A stretch of 64,000 nt of DNA from Parcubacteria group bacterium (lineage in GTDB: Bacteria; Patescibacteriota; Minisyncoccia; Phycocordibacterales; CALRBT01): NCBI GenBank assembly GCA_943354475.1, contig CALRBT010000001.1, forward strand, positions 101,424-165,423. Direction: 5' to 3'. Shown piece by piece: positions 29,359 through 39,602 of this stretch. The position numbers and the translations under genes are program-made. Below the pieces are notes generated by a model. The model ran no database searches and was not told the origin of the DNA. It saw only the letters and a program-made list of their open reading frames with translations. Numbering within the stretch: position 1 is the stretch's first letter; every line of letters starts with the position of its first letter.

Positions 29359-31182
29359 ATGTCCAGCCCCGTTGAACAAATTAAAGAACGTCTCAATATC
29401 ATCGATGTTATCGGCTCGTATATTAAGGTTGAAAAATCCGGAATCAACTTCAAGGCTAAATGCCCGTTCCACAATGAGAAGACAGCCTCGTTCTACATCT
29501 CACCGGAGCGCCGAAGCTTCTATTGTTTTGGCTGTAACGCCAAGGGCGACATCTTCAGCTTTGTTGAACAGTTTGAGGGGCTAGATTTTATGGGGGCGCT
29601 CAAAGTGCTCGCTGTACGCGCTGGAGTTGAGCTGACCGGTTTTCGTCGTGAACGCTCGGATGGGAAGGATAAAGAAAGTAAAGAAAAACTTTTTGAACTA
29701 CTTGACGCTGCAACACATTATTTCCAGCAGAATCTTGTATCTAATCCAGCCGCACTTGCGTACCTAAAGAAGAGGGGGATTACCATCGAAACAATGAAAT
29801 CATTCCAGCTTGGTTTTGCGCCGGAGGCCTGGCGAAATCTCCATGAGCATTTGGCCAAAGCGGGCTTTAGTGACGTGGACATGGAAAAGGTCGGACTTAT
29901 TAAAAAGGCAGCTGCCAAAAACGCATCAGGTATCTCAATCTATGATCGTTTTCGTAGTCGCATCATTTTTCCACTTGCTGATCAATCAGGTCGCATAGCA
30001 GGATTTTCAGGAAGAATTTTTAGTGCCGAAGGAAAAGTAGCTGATGATGTTGCCAAGTACTTAAATTCTCCAGAGACTGAAATTTTCCTAAAATCCAAAC
30101 TCCTCTTTGGTTTCGATAAAGCTAAGCTTGAGATTCGTCGTAAGGATTTTACTATTGTGGTTGAGGGACAAATTGATCTGGTTATGTCGCACCAAGTCGG
30201 GTTTGCCAACACCGTGGCACTCTCAGGAACCGCACTTTCTCTCGATCACCTCCAGATGCTCAAACGGTTCTCAGACAGATTAATTTTTGCTTTTGACGCG
30301 GATAGTGCCGGGTTCCGCGCCTCTACTCGCTCCGCACGTGAGGCGCTCGCCCTCGGTATGGAAGTGCGGGTGGCACTCTTGCCTGCAGGTAAGGATCCGG
30401 CTGATATGATTCTTGAAGACCTCTCAAATGAGAAAGAGGGGAAAGAAAAGTTATGGCCTGAGGTTCTCTCTAAGTCAGTCCACATTATTGATTTCTACTT
30501 AAACCATCTCTTTAACGAAAAACTGGATGATGCACAGCTCCGCAAACGAATCGAGAAAGAGGTACTACCTTACATTCTTTCAATAGGAAGCAAGATAGAA
30601 CAAGCTCATTTTATCAAACGTATTGCCAAAGCACTCGGTGTTGATGAAGAACCTGTTTGGCAGGAATTAGCCAAACTTGAAGCGAGCGAGAAGCAGGCGG
30701 TTCGAAGTGTAGAACAATCGCCCGTACCCACAGCACTTACACTAACCAACGACAAACGCTCTGAGTCGCGCGACCGAATTCTCCGTAAACTCATCGCGTT
30801 GTACTTTCTCGAACAAGAGAATCAACATGCTGGAAAAGAGCACGCCTTTGAAATCGAGGTATTTGAAAAACGCATTAGCGACATTCGTGGAGTAGATTTT
30901 CTTAAAGCTGTGGTTGAAAACTATGAATCAGAACGCTCGGAGCTGGTGCTCGAAGCGGAGGTTACTTACGATGATCCCACCGCCCTTGTAAAAAATCTTG
31001 ATGAATTGCTCTTAAACTTTGAAGAAGAATTCCTCAAAGAGACACTCACTCGGACGGTTATTGCCTTGCGTCAGGCTGAGGCCAAGGATCATCGTGATGA
31101 AGTGCTCGAACTTCTCAAAGAGTCCCAGGAAATCTCAAAAAAGCTAAACACGCTGGCTCGGCTGAAACTCTCGGGAAACTAG
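29359..31182 (+). CDS. dnaG: DNA primase
   Basis: CPFHNEKTAS...CFGC zinc finger, DRFRSRIIFP, KYLNSPET, VEGQID, FDADSAG. Confidence 0.97.
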   Translation: MSSPVEQIKERLNIIDVIGSYIKVEKSGINFKAKCPFHNEKTASFYISPERRSFYCFGCNAKGDIFSFVEQFEGLDFMGALKVLAVRAGVELTGFRRERSDGKDKESKEKLFELLDAATHYFQQNLVSNPAALAYLKKRGITIETMKSFQLGFAPEAWRNLHEHLAKAGFSDVDMEKVGLIKKAAAKNASGISIYDRFRSRIIFPLADQSGRIAGFSGRIFSAEGKVADDVAKYLNSPETEIFLKSKLLFGFDKAKLEIRRKDFTIVVEGQIDLVMSHQVGFANTVALSGTALSLDHLQMLKRFSDRLIFAFDADSAGFRASTRSAREALALGMEVRVALLPAGKDPADMILEDLSNEKEGKEKLWPEVLSKSVHIIDFYLNHLFNEKLDDAQLRKRIEKEVLPYILSIGSKIEQAHFIKRIAKALGVDEEPVWQELAKLEASEKQAVRSVEQSPVPTALTLTNDKRSESRDRILRKLIALYFLEQENQHAGKEHAFEIEVFEKRISDIRGVDFLKAVVENYESERSELVLEAEVTYDDPTALVKNLDELLLNFEEEFLKETLTRTVIALRQAEAKDHRDEVLELLKESQEISKKLNTLARLKLSGN

Positions 31183-31266
31183 TACCGTTACAAGTTACTA
31201 TGTACTGCAGACCATTGCGAAACACACCCCTTTTATATGACAGAAATTAACTTGTAACGGTACTAG
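31179..31266. mobile_element. 88-bp MITE-like element
   Basis: Perfect 19-bp terminal inverted repeats CTAGTACCGTTACAAGTTA. The left end includes the dnaG TAG. Confidence 0.65.
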
Positions 31267-31381
31267 CTCTCACTGCGAAAGTGTGGTACAATCCTCACAC
31301 ATCTGAGGCTACCGTGGGAGTCTCAATTTTCAGTATTTATCTCTCGTTTATCCTCAATTTATATAATCCTTTTTACTATAT

Positions 31382-32689
31382 ATGCCAAAAAAGAAGAAAG
31401 TTTCAAAAAAGAAAGTGGTCAAAGCAAAGCCTGCCAAAAAGGTAGTAAAGACCAAGGTTAAGGCTGTAAAAGCTAAGGTTAAGAATTTTGCCAAACTAAA
31501 ACTTGAACGTCAGAAGAAAGTAAAAGCAAAGACTGTAAAAAAGGTTGGGGGCAAGGCGCTTGCCAAGAAGGCGGTAAAGAAGAAGCCTGTCAAAGTAGAG
31601 AAAACAAAAAGTTCAAAGAAAGAAAACGAATTTAATAACAAAGTAGAAAGGCTTGTCCTCAAAGGTAAGGAGCGAGGCTTTGTCACCTACGATCAGATTC
31701 TCAAGGAATTCCCAGCTATTGAGGATGACATTCTTGGACTTGAATTTTTGTACGAAAAGTTTTCAGCATCTGGAATTGACGTCCTCGAAGGTGGAGGAAT
31801 GCTCGGTGCCAATGATGATGAATTGCCTAAGAAATACGGTTACGGAAAGAGTGATTCTTCATACGACTCGATTCAAATGTACCTAAAAGAAATTGGTCAG
31901 TACCCACTGCTTAAGGCGTTTGAAGAGAAAGACTTTGCTAAACGAATTATGGAAGGGGACATTGAAGCCAAGAATCTTCTGGCACGCGCTAACCTGCGTT
32001 TGGTGGTATCAATTGCCAAGAAATACGTTGGTCGCTCACCTGACCTCACGCTTCTTGATCTCATTCAAGAAGGAAACCTCGGACTCTTCAAGGCGGTAGA
32101 TAAGTTTGATTGGACTAAAGGATATAAATTCTCAACGTATGCCACGTGGTGGATTCGCCAAGCCATTACCCGTGCGCTTGCCGATCAGAGCCGAACCATC
32201 CGCATTCCGGTGCACATGGTGGAGACAATTGCCAAGTACAAGCAAGTAGTAAGGCGATTGTCACAGGATCTAGGACGTGACCCATTGCCCGATGAGATTG
32301 CAACCGAAATGGGTGTTGAAGTAGACAAGATTTACACTATTGAACAGATCAATCAAGACACAGTCTCGCTTGAATCTCCGGTAGGGGATGATGGAGATGA
32401 CAGGTCAACACTCGGTGACTTTATTGCAGATGATAAGATTTTAGCTCCCGATCACGAGTCTTCTCGCAGGATCCTTTCAGATCAGGTTAAAGATATTTTA
32501 AATGACCTCTCGCTTAAAGAGCGCAAGATTCTGGAGATGCGACATGGATTAGTTGATGGTATTACGCACACACTTGAAGAGGTTGGAAAAGAATTTGGTG
32601 TCACTCGTGAACGCATCAGACAGATTGAAGCAAAAGCTCACCAAAAGATACGAGAACATGAGAAGGTGAATCGACTCCGAAACTACTAA
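31382..32689 (+). CDS. rpoD: Primary sigma70 factor with Lys/Val/Ala-rich N-terminal extension
   Basis: [50 protein letters not shown]. Follows dnaG. Confidence 0.96.
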   Translation: MPKKKKVSKKKVVKAKPAKKVVKTKVKAVKAKVKNFAKLKLERQKKVKAKTVKKVGGKALAKKAVKKKPVKVEKTKSSKKENEFNNKVERLVLKGKERGFVTYDQILKEFPAIEDDILGLEFLYEKFSASGIDVLEGGGMLGANDDELPKKYGYGKSDSSYDSIQMYLKEIGQYPLLKAFEEKDFAKRIMEGDIEAKNLLARANLRLVVSIAKKYVGRSPDLTLLDLIQEGNLGLFKAVDKFDWTKGYKFSTYATWWIRQAITRALADQSRTIRIPVHMVETIAKYKQVVRRLSQDLGRDPLPDEIATEMGVEVDKIYTIEQINQDTVSLESPVGDDGDDRSTLGDFIADDKILAPDHESSRRILSDQVKDILNDLSLKERKILEMRHGLVDGITHTLEEVGKEFGVTRERIRQIEAKAHQKIREHEKVNRLRNY

Positions 32690-32825
32690 GGGTTTCCAAA
32701 CTTGGAAAATCCGGATGTTAAAGCATCAGACCCCCACAAGCAAGCTTGCGGGGGTCTCGGCTTAATAGCGAACACCGCAGGGGAGGGGTTTATTCCTCCA
32801 CACCGCGGTGTGTTTCGTCGCGCGG

Positions 32826-33146
32826 TTACTTTCCGTGCGACAAGTGGTAGAGCATCTTGATGATGCCACAAGTGGTCCGTAGAAGGAAGAAGGCGATTAG
32901 GAAATGGGACACAAGTCCCATGTTTCCAAGCGTCACCTCCACCTGAGCCCCCGTATCTGGGGGCAACAAGTCGCATCCCCACTCGATCGATCTTGTCATC
33001 CCCCGTTTGATTTCTTTCAGTGTTTGGGGGTGGTAGGCGAGGAGGTAGGCGAACCCCCCCAGAACGACTGCGGTTGTCCACGCTTGGAAAAAGCGCGCCC
33101 TGATCCACATCCATCCAAAATAACCAAACTTTCTCGCGAATTCCAT
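32826..33146 (-). CDS. Hypothetical two-TM membrane protein (ORFan cassette)
   Basis: TTGACA-17-TATACT promoter, AGGAG SD before ATG 33146, two hydrophobic segments. Confidence 0.6.
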   Translation of the reverse strand: MEFARKFGYFGWMWIRARFFQAWTTAVVLGGFAYLLAYHPQTLKEIKRGMTRSIEWGCDLLPPDTGAQVEVTLGNMGLVSHFLIAFFLLRTTCGIIKMLYHLSHGK

Positions 33147-33323
33147 CGGAGTTCTCCTGAATTGGTTTGACCACGTCCCATGACGCAATCTATTACTGAA
33201 TTAAGTATACCATACTTAATAAAATTTGTCAAGTATCACAAACACCTTCAAATTTTGTTCACAATGGTCAAAAATCTAGCCTAGAGATTAGGAAATAAAG
33301 GAGAGTGAGTATATAATATGCTC

Positions 33324-33467
33324 ATGGCAAAACGACTCGCAGTAAATACAAAGAATAAAACATCTCGTTCTAAGAAAACAAAGAAGCGACTTGCGACTAA
33401 GAAAGCAATGCTTTTGGCGAAACCAAAGAACAAGAGCACCAACCCTAACCGAAGACGAAGTGCATAA
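33324..33467 (+). CDS. Small highly basic protein (47 aa), not in the ORF track
   Basis: TATAAT 6 nt before the ATG. MAKRLAVNTKNKTSRSKKTKKRLATKKAMLLAKPKNKSTNPNRRRSA*. Confidence 0.65.
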   Translation: MAKRLAVNTKNKTSRSKKTKKRLATKKAMLLAKPKNKSTNPNRRRSA

Positions 33468-33662
33468 GTTTGAGGTGATATAGGGTTTGGTTTGATAAAA
33501 GAAAAGTGCCCATCACTAAGATGGTATTTTTCGTTGATGGATACGGATCGAAAGATTATGGTTTACGATTTTTTACATACTTCAACCGCAAGGTTTAGCC
33601 TTGCGGTTGTTTAGTTAAAGTAGAAACGCTCGGCCTTGCGGCCGAGCGTTTTAATTTAGGCG

Positions 33663-34238
33663 TTAGCCTCTCTGATACTCCTCCCATACTGGGGTGAAAT
33701 TTTCACGGAAGACACCCATCTGAATCGTGTCGTGATAACCACCATCTTTCCACATGTGCCGTAGTCGGCGCCCTTCTTCAAAGAACCCACATTTTTTGTA
33801 AGAGGCGATAGCACGTGGATTGAAGTCGTGAACATCAAGTTCGATCTTATGGAGATTCATTTGCATCAGGGCATATTCCAGGAGCAATAATAACGCTTCA
33901 CTCCCGTGACCTTTACCCCAATATTCTTTCTCGCCAATTGCAATACCAAAGGTGGCAACTCTACTAACCCAATCAATTCGATGAAGTCCAATATTACCAA
34001 TTGGAATTCCTTCCTTGGTTACGATAATGAATACTTGGTTACTGAGCTTATCCTTTGCTAAACGATCAATCCAGTCAACCTCGTTTTGCTCAAGTTGCGG
34101 AAAACCAATTCCGAGGTACTTAGTCACCTCAGTATCGTTGAACCATTTGAATAGATGAGGAACATCCGATTTCATTGGAATTCCCAAGTCAGTATTCTTT
34201 TTGCCAATACGAAAGATTGGGCGGGTACTATTTTCCAC
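33663..34238 (-). CDS. RimJ/RimL-type GNAT N-acetyltransferase
   Basis: IGNIGL, YWGKGHGSEA, NPRAIASYKKCGFFEEGRRL. Confidence 0.9.
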   Translation of the reverse strand: MENSTRPIFRIGKKNTDLGIPMKSDVPHLFKWFNDTEVTKYLGIGFPQLEQNEVDWIDRLAKDKLSNQVFIIVTKEGIPIGNIGLHRIDWVSRVATFGIAIGEKEYWGKGHGSEALLLLLEYALMQMNLHKIELDVHDFNPRAIASYKKCGFFEEGRRLRHMWKDGGYHDTIQMGVFRENFTPVWEEYQRG

Positions 34239-34296
34239 GGTCGTATCCTTACTTGTTGTTAAAGAGCGCTAAAACCTGAGGTTTCAGGCTGAAAGC

Positions 34297-34330
34297 AAAA
34301 CATCTCGGCTTGCATTCAGCCGAGATGTTT
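34297..34330 (-). terminator. Terminator inside the GNAT leader
   Basis: AAACATCTCGGCT-loop-AGCCGAGATGTTTT, about 60 nt before the GNAT start. Confidence 0.7.
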
Positions 34331-34361
34331 CAAGTGTGTAAAATAAAAGGGGATTTATATA

Positions 34362-34481
34362 TTAACTTAAATTACTCTCAGCTAAAGACAAATGTGCTGT
34401 TGCGGTGCCGGAAATGGCAAAAACAACCCACATATCCTTTGGGCAAGCGTGATTATTAAGTTGATACATATTTCGTCTCAT
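34362..34481 (-). CDS. Putative leader peptide (39 aa)
   Basis: Begins just after a TTGACA...TATAAG promoter. MRRNMYQLNNHACPKDMWVVFAISGTATAHLSLAESNLS*. Confidence 0.4.
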   Translation of the reverse strand: MRRNMYQLNNHACPKDMWVVFAISGTATAHLSLAESNLS

Positions 34482-34592
34482 AATCTACTTATATCATCTA
34501 ACAAAATTTTGTCAACAGAGATGATTTTTAAAAACAAAATCGCCCCTAATATAGAGTCTCTACGGGACGACTCTGCATTAGGGGCGGACTGC

Positions 34593-35228
34593 TTATCTTC
34601 TGATTAAAGATCTTAACCAAGTAATTACTACGGCGAACGTATGCCAAAAGAAATTTCTTCTTAATGACTCATCAGTTCTTGAAGTGTCATCTACAATAGC
34701 TTTCTGTTCTTCAGGACCCTCTATAATTGTTACGGTTGGCAAGACAACTTCGGTACTTTCAGTCATCCACCGTCCAAAGATTTCAGTAACTAAAGATTCG
34801 ATGGCGACAAACAAAAATCTTTTTTCCTCTTTGGTTTTCTCGAGTGGCGTTTTGTAACGTATTCCTTTGATACGCACCGTTAGGTCTGCTGTTTCCAACT
34901 CTCGGAGCGTCTCTTGGACTGACATATCTGTTGTGTAGATAAAGAACCTTCCCATCCATGGATGATCTTCGCCAGTTGGACCTGAGAGTTTGCATTCAGA
35001 GACCAGAATAGAAACTTGGTGAAAAACTTGAGCAAAAGAACTTGTATCTTCCAGGCTTGGAATAGTTCGCAAATCCAGTGGAGAATAATAACCACCCGCA
35101 ACTTCTGGATTGTTATTTCCCGTTAGAGTTAGAACTACTCTTTGAGTTATTTCTTCAAAGGCAATCGTTGCACGTATGTTTCCGTTGAGCTCCAGGCTAA
35201 TTAAGGGATCCTTAAAGGAAAAGGGCAT
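34593..35228 (-). CDS. Hypothetical protein (ORFan cassette)
   Basis: TTGACC-17-CATACT promoter, GGAG SD, downstream hairpin. Confidence 0.65.
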   Translation of the reverse strand: MPFSFKDPLISLELNGNIRATIAFEEITQRVVLTLTGNNNPEVAGGYYSPLDLRTIPSLEDTSSFAQVFHQVSILVSECKLSGPTGEDHPWMGRFFIYTTDMSVQETLRELETADLTVRIKGIRYKTPLEKTKEEKRFLFVAIESLVTEIFGRWMTESTEVVLPTVTIIEGPEEQKAIVDDTSRTDESLRRNFFWHTFAVVITWLRSLIRR

Positions 35229-35378
35229 CAGGGTTCTCCAAGGTGGTGAATCATCTTTCCTTTTATAGTATGCATTTTGGTAACTCCAAGGTCAACGTTA
35301 AAAGTTTAGCAAAGCTAGTTGGGTATAATAAAGACGAAGCTACCTATTGATGTTATCGCAAGGTAGCTCTCTCTTCGT

Positions 35379-35687
35379 TTATTCGACTTTCAGAATTAGA
35401 GATGGCAACAAGAACCCTTCAAGTCCAGTGATCCTTATGCGACCGTCAGGAGTAATTTCCATGACCATCCCTCGTACGTTTCCTTTGACAGTAACATTTG
35501 AGCCAAGCCTAACTCCAAGCTTTTCAATTTCGGCAAGTCTGTCCTCGGCACCTTTTGGTGCCGGCAATCTCAGGGAGTTAGATATTCCCTTTAAACTTCT
35601 TTCATCCACTGATCCTATGACTCTCGCCAATGAGGTGTTGCTAACTAAAATTCTCACGCTACGCTGTGGCAGCCTATGATTTCTCAC
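35379..35687 (-). CDS. Hypothetical protein with possible SH3/KOW-like C-terminus
   Basis: AAGGAG SD before GTG 35687. LGSNVTVKGNVRGMVMEITPDGRIRI. Confidence 0.5.
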   Translation of the reverse strand: MRNHRLPQRSVRILVSNTSLARVIGSVDERSLKGISNSLRLPAPKGAEDRLAEIEKLGVRLGSNVTVKGNVRGMVMEITPDGRIRITGLEGFLLPSLILKVE

Positions 35688-35836
35688 TTGACGTTCTCCT
35701 TGTTCAACGCTTGAGAGAGGATACCATAGTAAGTAGGTTGGAGTAAATGGTGCCAAGGGAGAGAATTCTTTTATGTAAATTCGTAAGCGCCCGGGGAAAT
35801 TCTCCCGGGCGCCTTGTTTGCTTCTCCTCGCGTTGT

Positions 35837-36325
35837 TTAGTTTTTCTTGGTTAGGACCGCATTTCGTGTCCACACTTCATCTCCTGATCCATCTGGGCCG
35901 TAGCGATAGGTTGGCCCATCACCGACTTCAATGGTGGTCCCATCGGGACACAAAAGAGATGTACGATCCTTGATAGATGAAGAGACAGGTTCGCAGTCGC
36001 TTTTGCCCAAGGCAGTAAGCGCCAGGTTCATCAAGTGAGCGAGGGCACCCCCCCTCTTCTCCGTGGTGTAGATCGCGAAGTCTGGCCTCACCGTCACTGC
36101 GGTTATTCCCTCGCCACGAAAGACACGCCTTTCGGTGCTCAGTAGGACTTGGTCGCAATCCATAATCTTGCCGAATTCCTCAGACATTAGGGTCGCTTCG
36201 TTGTAGCAGGCCTTCGGTAGCCAATCTGGCACAATCCTCGGTTGAGGTGCTTGCCCGCAATTAGTCAGGGCTGCCAGAAGCACAATAAGCGCCGCGGGCA
36301 GCATCTTCTTGCAGAAACTGATCAA
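35837..36325 (-). CDS. Putative lipoprotein
   Basis: Signal ending LAALTNC, four further Cys, TTGACA-17-TATTAT promoter, terminator at 35787-35812. Confidence 0.6.
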   Translation of the reverse strand: MISFCKKMLPAALIVLLAALTNCGQAPQPRIVPDWLPKACYNEATLMSEEFGKIMDCDQVLLSTERRVFRGEGITAVTVRPDFAIYTTEKRGGALAHLMNLALTALGKSDCEPVSSSIKDRTSLLCPDGTTIEVGDGPTYRYGPDGSGDEVWTRNAVLTKKN

Positions 36326-36451
36326 GGTCTTGATTCCTCTATTTAGTTCCGTTTTATATAATATAACAATATGTAGACTATGTCAATATTTAGTAGAGTA
36401 ATTTCTCTTACCCACCTCTCTTCAAAGTAGCCCGTGGTATACTTGCCACAA

Positions 36452-39400
36452 ATGCCCACATTAACCACATTTGATAAGCTCTATAAAAACCTCAACGTAA
36501 AGCAAAAGGAGGCAGTAGACGCTATTGAGGGACCAGTTATGGTTATAGCCGGTCCTGGTACTGGCAAAACTTCAATACTCACGATTCGTATCGCTAATAT
36601 CTTAAAGCTAACTGATACACAACCAGATAATATTCTTGCACTCACCTTTACTGAATCTGGAGTTTATTCAATGCGTAAAAAGTTGGTAGGACTCATTGGT
36701 TCACGGGCCTATAAAGTGGCGATCCATACGTTCCACGGATTTGCCAATGAAGTGATAAAAAAGTACCCAGAACATTTTCCAAGAATTATTGGTGCGGAAC
36801 ATATTACGGACATTGATCAGATTAGAATTCTTGAAGAAATCATTGAAAAAACTGATTTTAAAATCCTCAAGCCGTTTGGTGATATTTTCTACTATCTTCA
36901 ACCTTCACTAAACAGTATTCGGACACTCAAGCGTGAGAATATTGCACCTGTTGAGTTTGAAAAACGAATCTTGGAACAGGAAAAGCAGTTTCGTGAAATT
37001 GATGACCTCTATCACGAAAAAGGGGCGCATAAAGGTAAAATGAAAGGGAAGTATGTAACCATGCTCGAGCATATCGAGAAGAATAAGGAGCTCCTGGATA
37101 TTTACCAGCAGTACGAAAAACAGCTTGAGAAGGGAAAACAGTATGATTATGAAGACATGATTATGGAGACAGTACGCGTACTTGAGAGTAATAACTCGCT
37201 CCTCCTCTCTCTCCAAGAGCAGTATCACTACATTCTTGCCGATGAGCACCAAGACACAAATTTTGGACAAAACAAAATTTTAGAATTACTCGCTAATTTT
37301 CATCAGAGTCCAAACCTTTTTATTGTTGGTGATGAGAAGCAAGCAATTTTCCGTTTCCAAGGCGCGTCGCTTGAGAATTTTCTTTACTTTAAAAAGCTGT
37401 ATCCGCAGGCGCTCCTTATTAATCTTGAGCATAATTATCGTTCAACACAGCCGATATTAGATGGTGCACATAGTTTGATACTCAACAACCGCGTTGATGA
37501 TGAAAGATTGCGTACCAGATTGCTCTCATCTGGTAAGCAAGTAGAAAATAAGAAAATAAAATTATATAGTTTTGAAAACGAAAATGAAGAAATTGCTTTT
37601 TTGGTTTCAGACATTGCGCAGCGAATTGAATCTGGGGTTAAGCCAGAAGAAATAGCTGTAATTTATCGTGACAATCGTGATGCGCTACCGATTGCTCAGG
37701 CACTTGAGAAAACAAATATTTCATTTGTCATTGAATCTGATCAAGACCTCTTAAATAATCCTGACATTCGCAAGTTCATTGCAATTCTGAAGGTAATCAA
37801 TCGTCTCGGTGATGACGCACTACTTACTGAACTTCTCCATATTGATTTCTTTGAGCTCGAGCCGCTCTCGGTGTATAGGCTTCTTCATAGTGCGAGTTCA
37901 TCTCGAAAAGCCCTCTCAAGTGTGATGTCATCACGTGCGGATATGAGCAAGGCAGGAATCGATGAGGTTGATACAGTCAAACTTTCAAACCTTTCAGGAT
38001 TGCTTTCCAGTTGGAGTAAGGCGGGACACAATAAGAATTTGATTGATATTTTGGAGATTGTTGTTCGGGAGTCAGGATTTCTCTCCTACATCCTTAAATC
38101 AGAAGGTGCGGCGTTGGCGCTTGAAGCGCTTGAAGCATTTTTTAACCAAGCACGGAACCTGATTGAATCACATCCATATTACAGGTTACGAGATTTCATT
38201 GAGTACCTTGAAGTACTTGAACGTTACAAATTGCTTTTGAAAGTTCGTAACAACAAAAGTGATCTTCAGGAGGTACGGCTAATGACAGCACATCGATCCA
38301 AGGGACTTGAATTTGAGGTGGTTTATGTGACCAGTTGCACTGATGGACACTGGGGGAATAAGAAAACACGCAATCACTTTCACTTGCCGATTACTCAGAA
38401 ACTTGCCGAGGAAGGTCAAGGTGAAAATGACGATGAGCGCAGATTATTCTATGTAGCACTTACTCGTGCCAAGCACGAAGTACTTCTGACATACGCCAGG
38501 GAAGCGAAAGGTAAGCATCAATTACCGAGCCAGTTTACGGAAGAGATTGATCGCCAGTTTTTGGAGGAAATTACACCAGAGCGGACACTTATTTCTCTCG
38601 ATGCTCGGGCGTTGGTTTACAAAGAGAAGCAGAATTATGGACCGTCCCTTAGAGATAAGGAATTTCTAAATGGTATTTTTCTTGACCAAGGTCTTTCAGT
38701 TTCGGCACTTAATAATTATCTTCGTTGTCCGTGGGAATATTTCTTCAATAATTTAGTACGCGTACCAAAATCCCCCGGGAAATTCCAGCGATATGGAACA
38801 GCAATCCATAATGCGCTGAAGAAATTTCTCGATCTCTACAAGGAAACAGGAGAAGCTAAAAAGAAAGTACTTCTTGAGTATTTTGAAGAGGAGCTTAACC
38901 GAGGTTATTTTGTAGAGAGTGAGTTTAAAGATTTGTTGGAAAAAGGAAAAATATCTCTTGGTGGTTATTTTGACCAGCATCATAAAAGCCTAAGTCCTGC
39001 TATTTGGAATGAATACACAATCTCCGGAATACTTATCCCGCTTGGAGTTGAGTCTGAAAATGGGGAAGAAAGGCAGATACTCTTGAAAGGAATACTAGAT
39101 CGGATTGAAGCAGTGAATGGTCAGCTAGATGGTAGAGAAGTCATTGTCTATGATTATAAGACTGGAAAACCGAAGAGTCGCAATGAACTTGAAGGAAAGA
39201 CCAAGAATGCAACGGGGGATTACAAACGGCAGGTAACGTTTTATAAACTACTCCTTGATCGTGAACCAGTTAATCCTAAACGTGGCACATTTCAATTTAA
39301 TTCAGCGATTATCGATTTTATTGAACCAGACGATCGAGGAAAATATCATCGTGAGCAATTCTTTATTAGTGATCAAGAAGTGAACGAATTGGTTGAGTTA

Positions 39401-39538
39401 ATACAGAAAACAAGTCTTGAGATTCTTAACTTAGATTTTTGGAACAAGCGATGTGAGGACAAGAAGTGTGAGTACTGTAGACTGAGGGAAATGGTGGAAG
39501 AGGGGAATAGGAATGAAGAAATAGGAGTCAAAATATAA
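36452..39538 (+). CDS. UvrD/PcrA-family helicase fused to a PD-(D/E)XK nuclease
   Basis: AGPGTGKT, DEHQD, VGDEKQAIFRFQGA, YVALTRAK, then GILDRIE...YDYKTG. Cys in YLRCP plus CxxxxCxxC. Confidence 0.93.
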   Translation: MPTLTTFDKLYKNLNVKQKEAVDAIEGPVMVIAGPGTGKTSILTIRIANILKLTDTQPDNILALTFTESGVYSMRKKLVGLIGSRAYKVAIHTFHGFANEVIKKYPEHFPRIIGAEHITDIDQIRILEEIIEKTDFKILKPFGDIFYYLQPSLNSIRTLKRENIAPVEFEKRILEQEKQFREIDDLYHEKGAHKGKMKGKYVTMLEHIEKNKELLDIYQQYEKQLEKGKQYDYEDMIMETVRVLESNNSLLLSLQEQYHYILADEHQDTNFGQNKILELLANFHQSPNLFIVGDEKQAIFRFQGASLENFLYFKKLYPQALLINLEHNYRSTQPILDGAHSLILNNRVDDERLRTRLLSSGKQVENKKIKLYSFENENEEIAFLVSDIAQRIESGVKPEEIAVIYRDNRDALPIAQALEKTNISFVIESDQDLLNNPDIRKFIAILKVINRLGDDALLTELLHIDFFELEPLSVYRLLHSASSSRKALSSVMSSRADMSKAGIDEVDTVKLSNLSGLLSSWSKAGHNKNLIDILEIVVRESGFLSYILKSEGAALALEALEAFFNQARNLIESHPYYRLRDFIEYLEVLERYKLLLKVRNNKSDLQEVRLMTAHRSKGLEFEVVYVTSCTDGHWGNKKTRNHFHLPITQKLAEEGQGENDDERRLFYVALTRAKHEVLLTYAREAKGKHQLPSQFTEEIDRQFLEEITPERTLISLDARALVYKEKQNYGPSLRDKEFLNGIFLDQGLSVSALNNYLRCPWEYFFNNLVRVPKSPGKFQRYGTAIHNALKKFLDLYKETGEAKKKVLLEYFEEELNRGYFVESEFKDLLEKGKISLGGYFDQHHKSLSPAIWNEYTISGILIPLGVESENGEERQILLKGILDRIEAVNGQLDGREVIVYDYKTGKPKSRNELEGKTKNATGDYKRQVTFYKLLLDREPVNPKRGTFQFNSAIIDFIEPDDRGKYHREQFFISDQEVNELVELIQKTSLEILNLDFWNKRCEDKKCEYCRLREMVEEGNRNEEIGVKI

Positions 39539-39541
39539 CCA

Positions 39542-39584
39542 AGCAACAAACAAGCGCGGCCGTAGGCCGCGCTTGTTTGTTGCT
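39542..39584. terminator. Bidirectional terminator
   Basis: 20-bp perfect stem AGCAACAAACAAGCGCGGCC between convergent genes. Confidence 0.8.
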
Positions 39585-39602
39585 CTATATATTAGGAACC
39601 AC

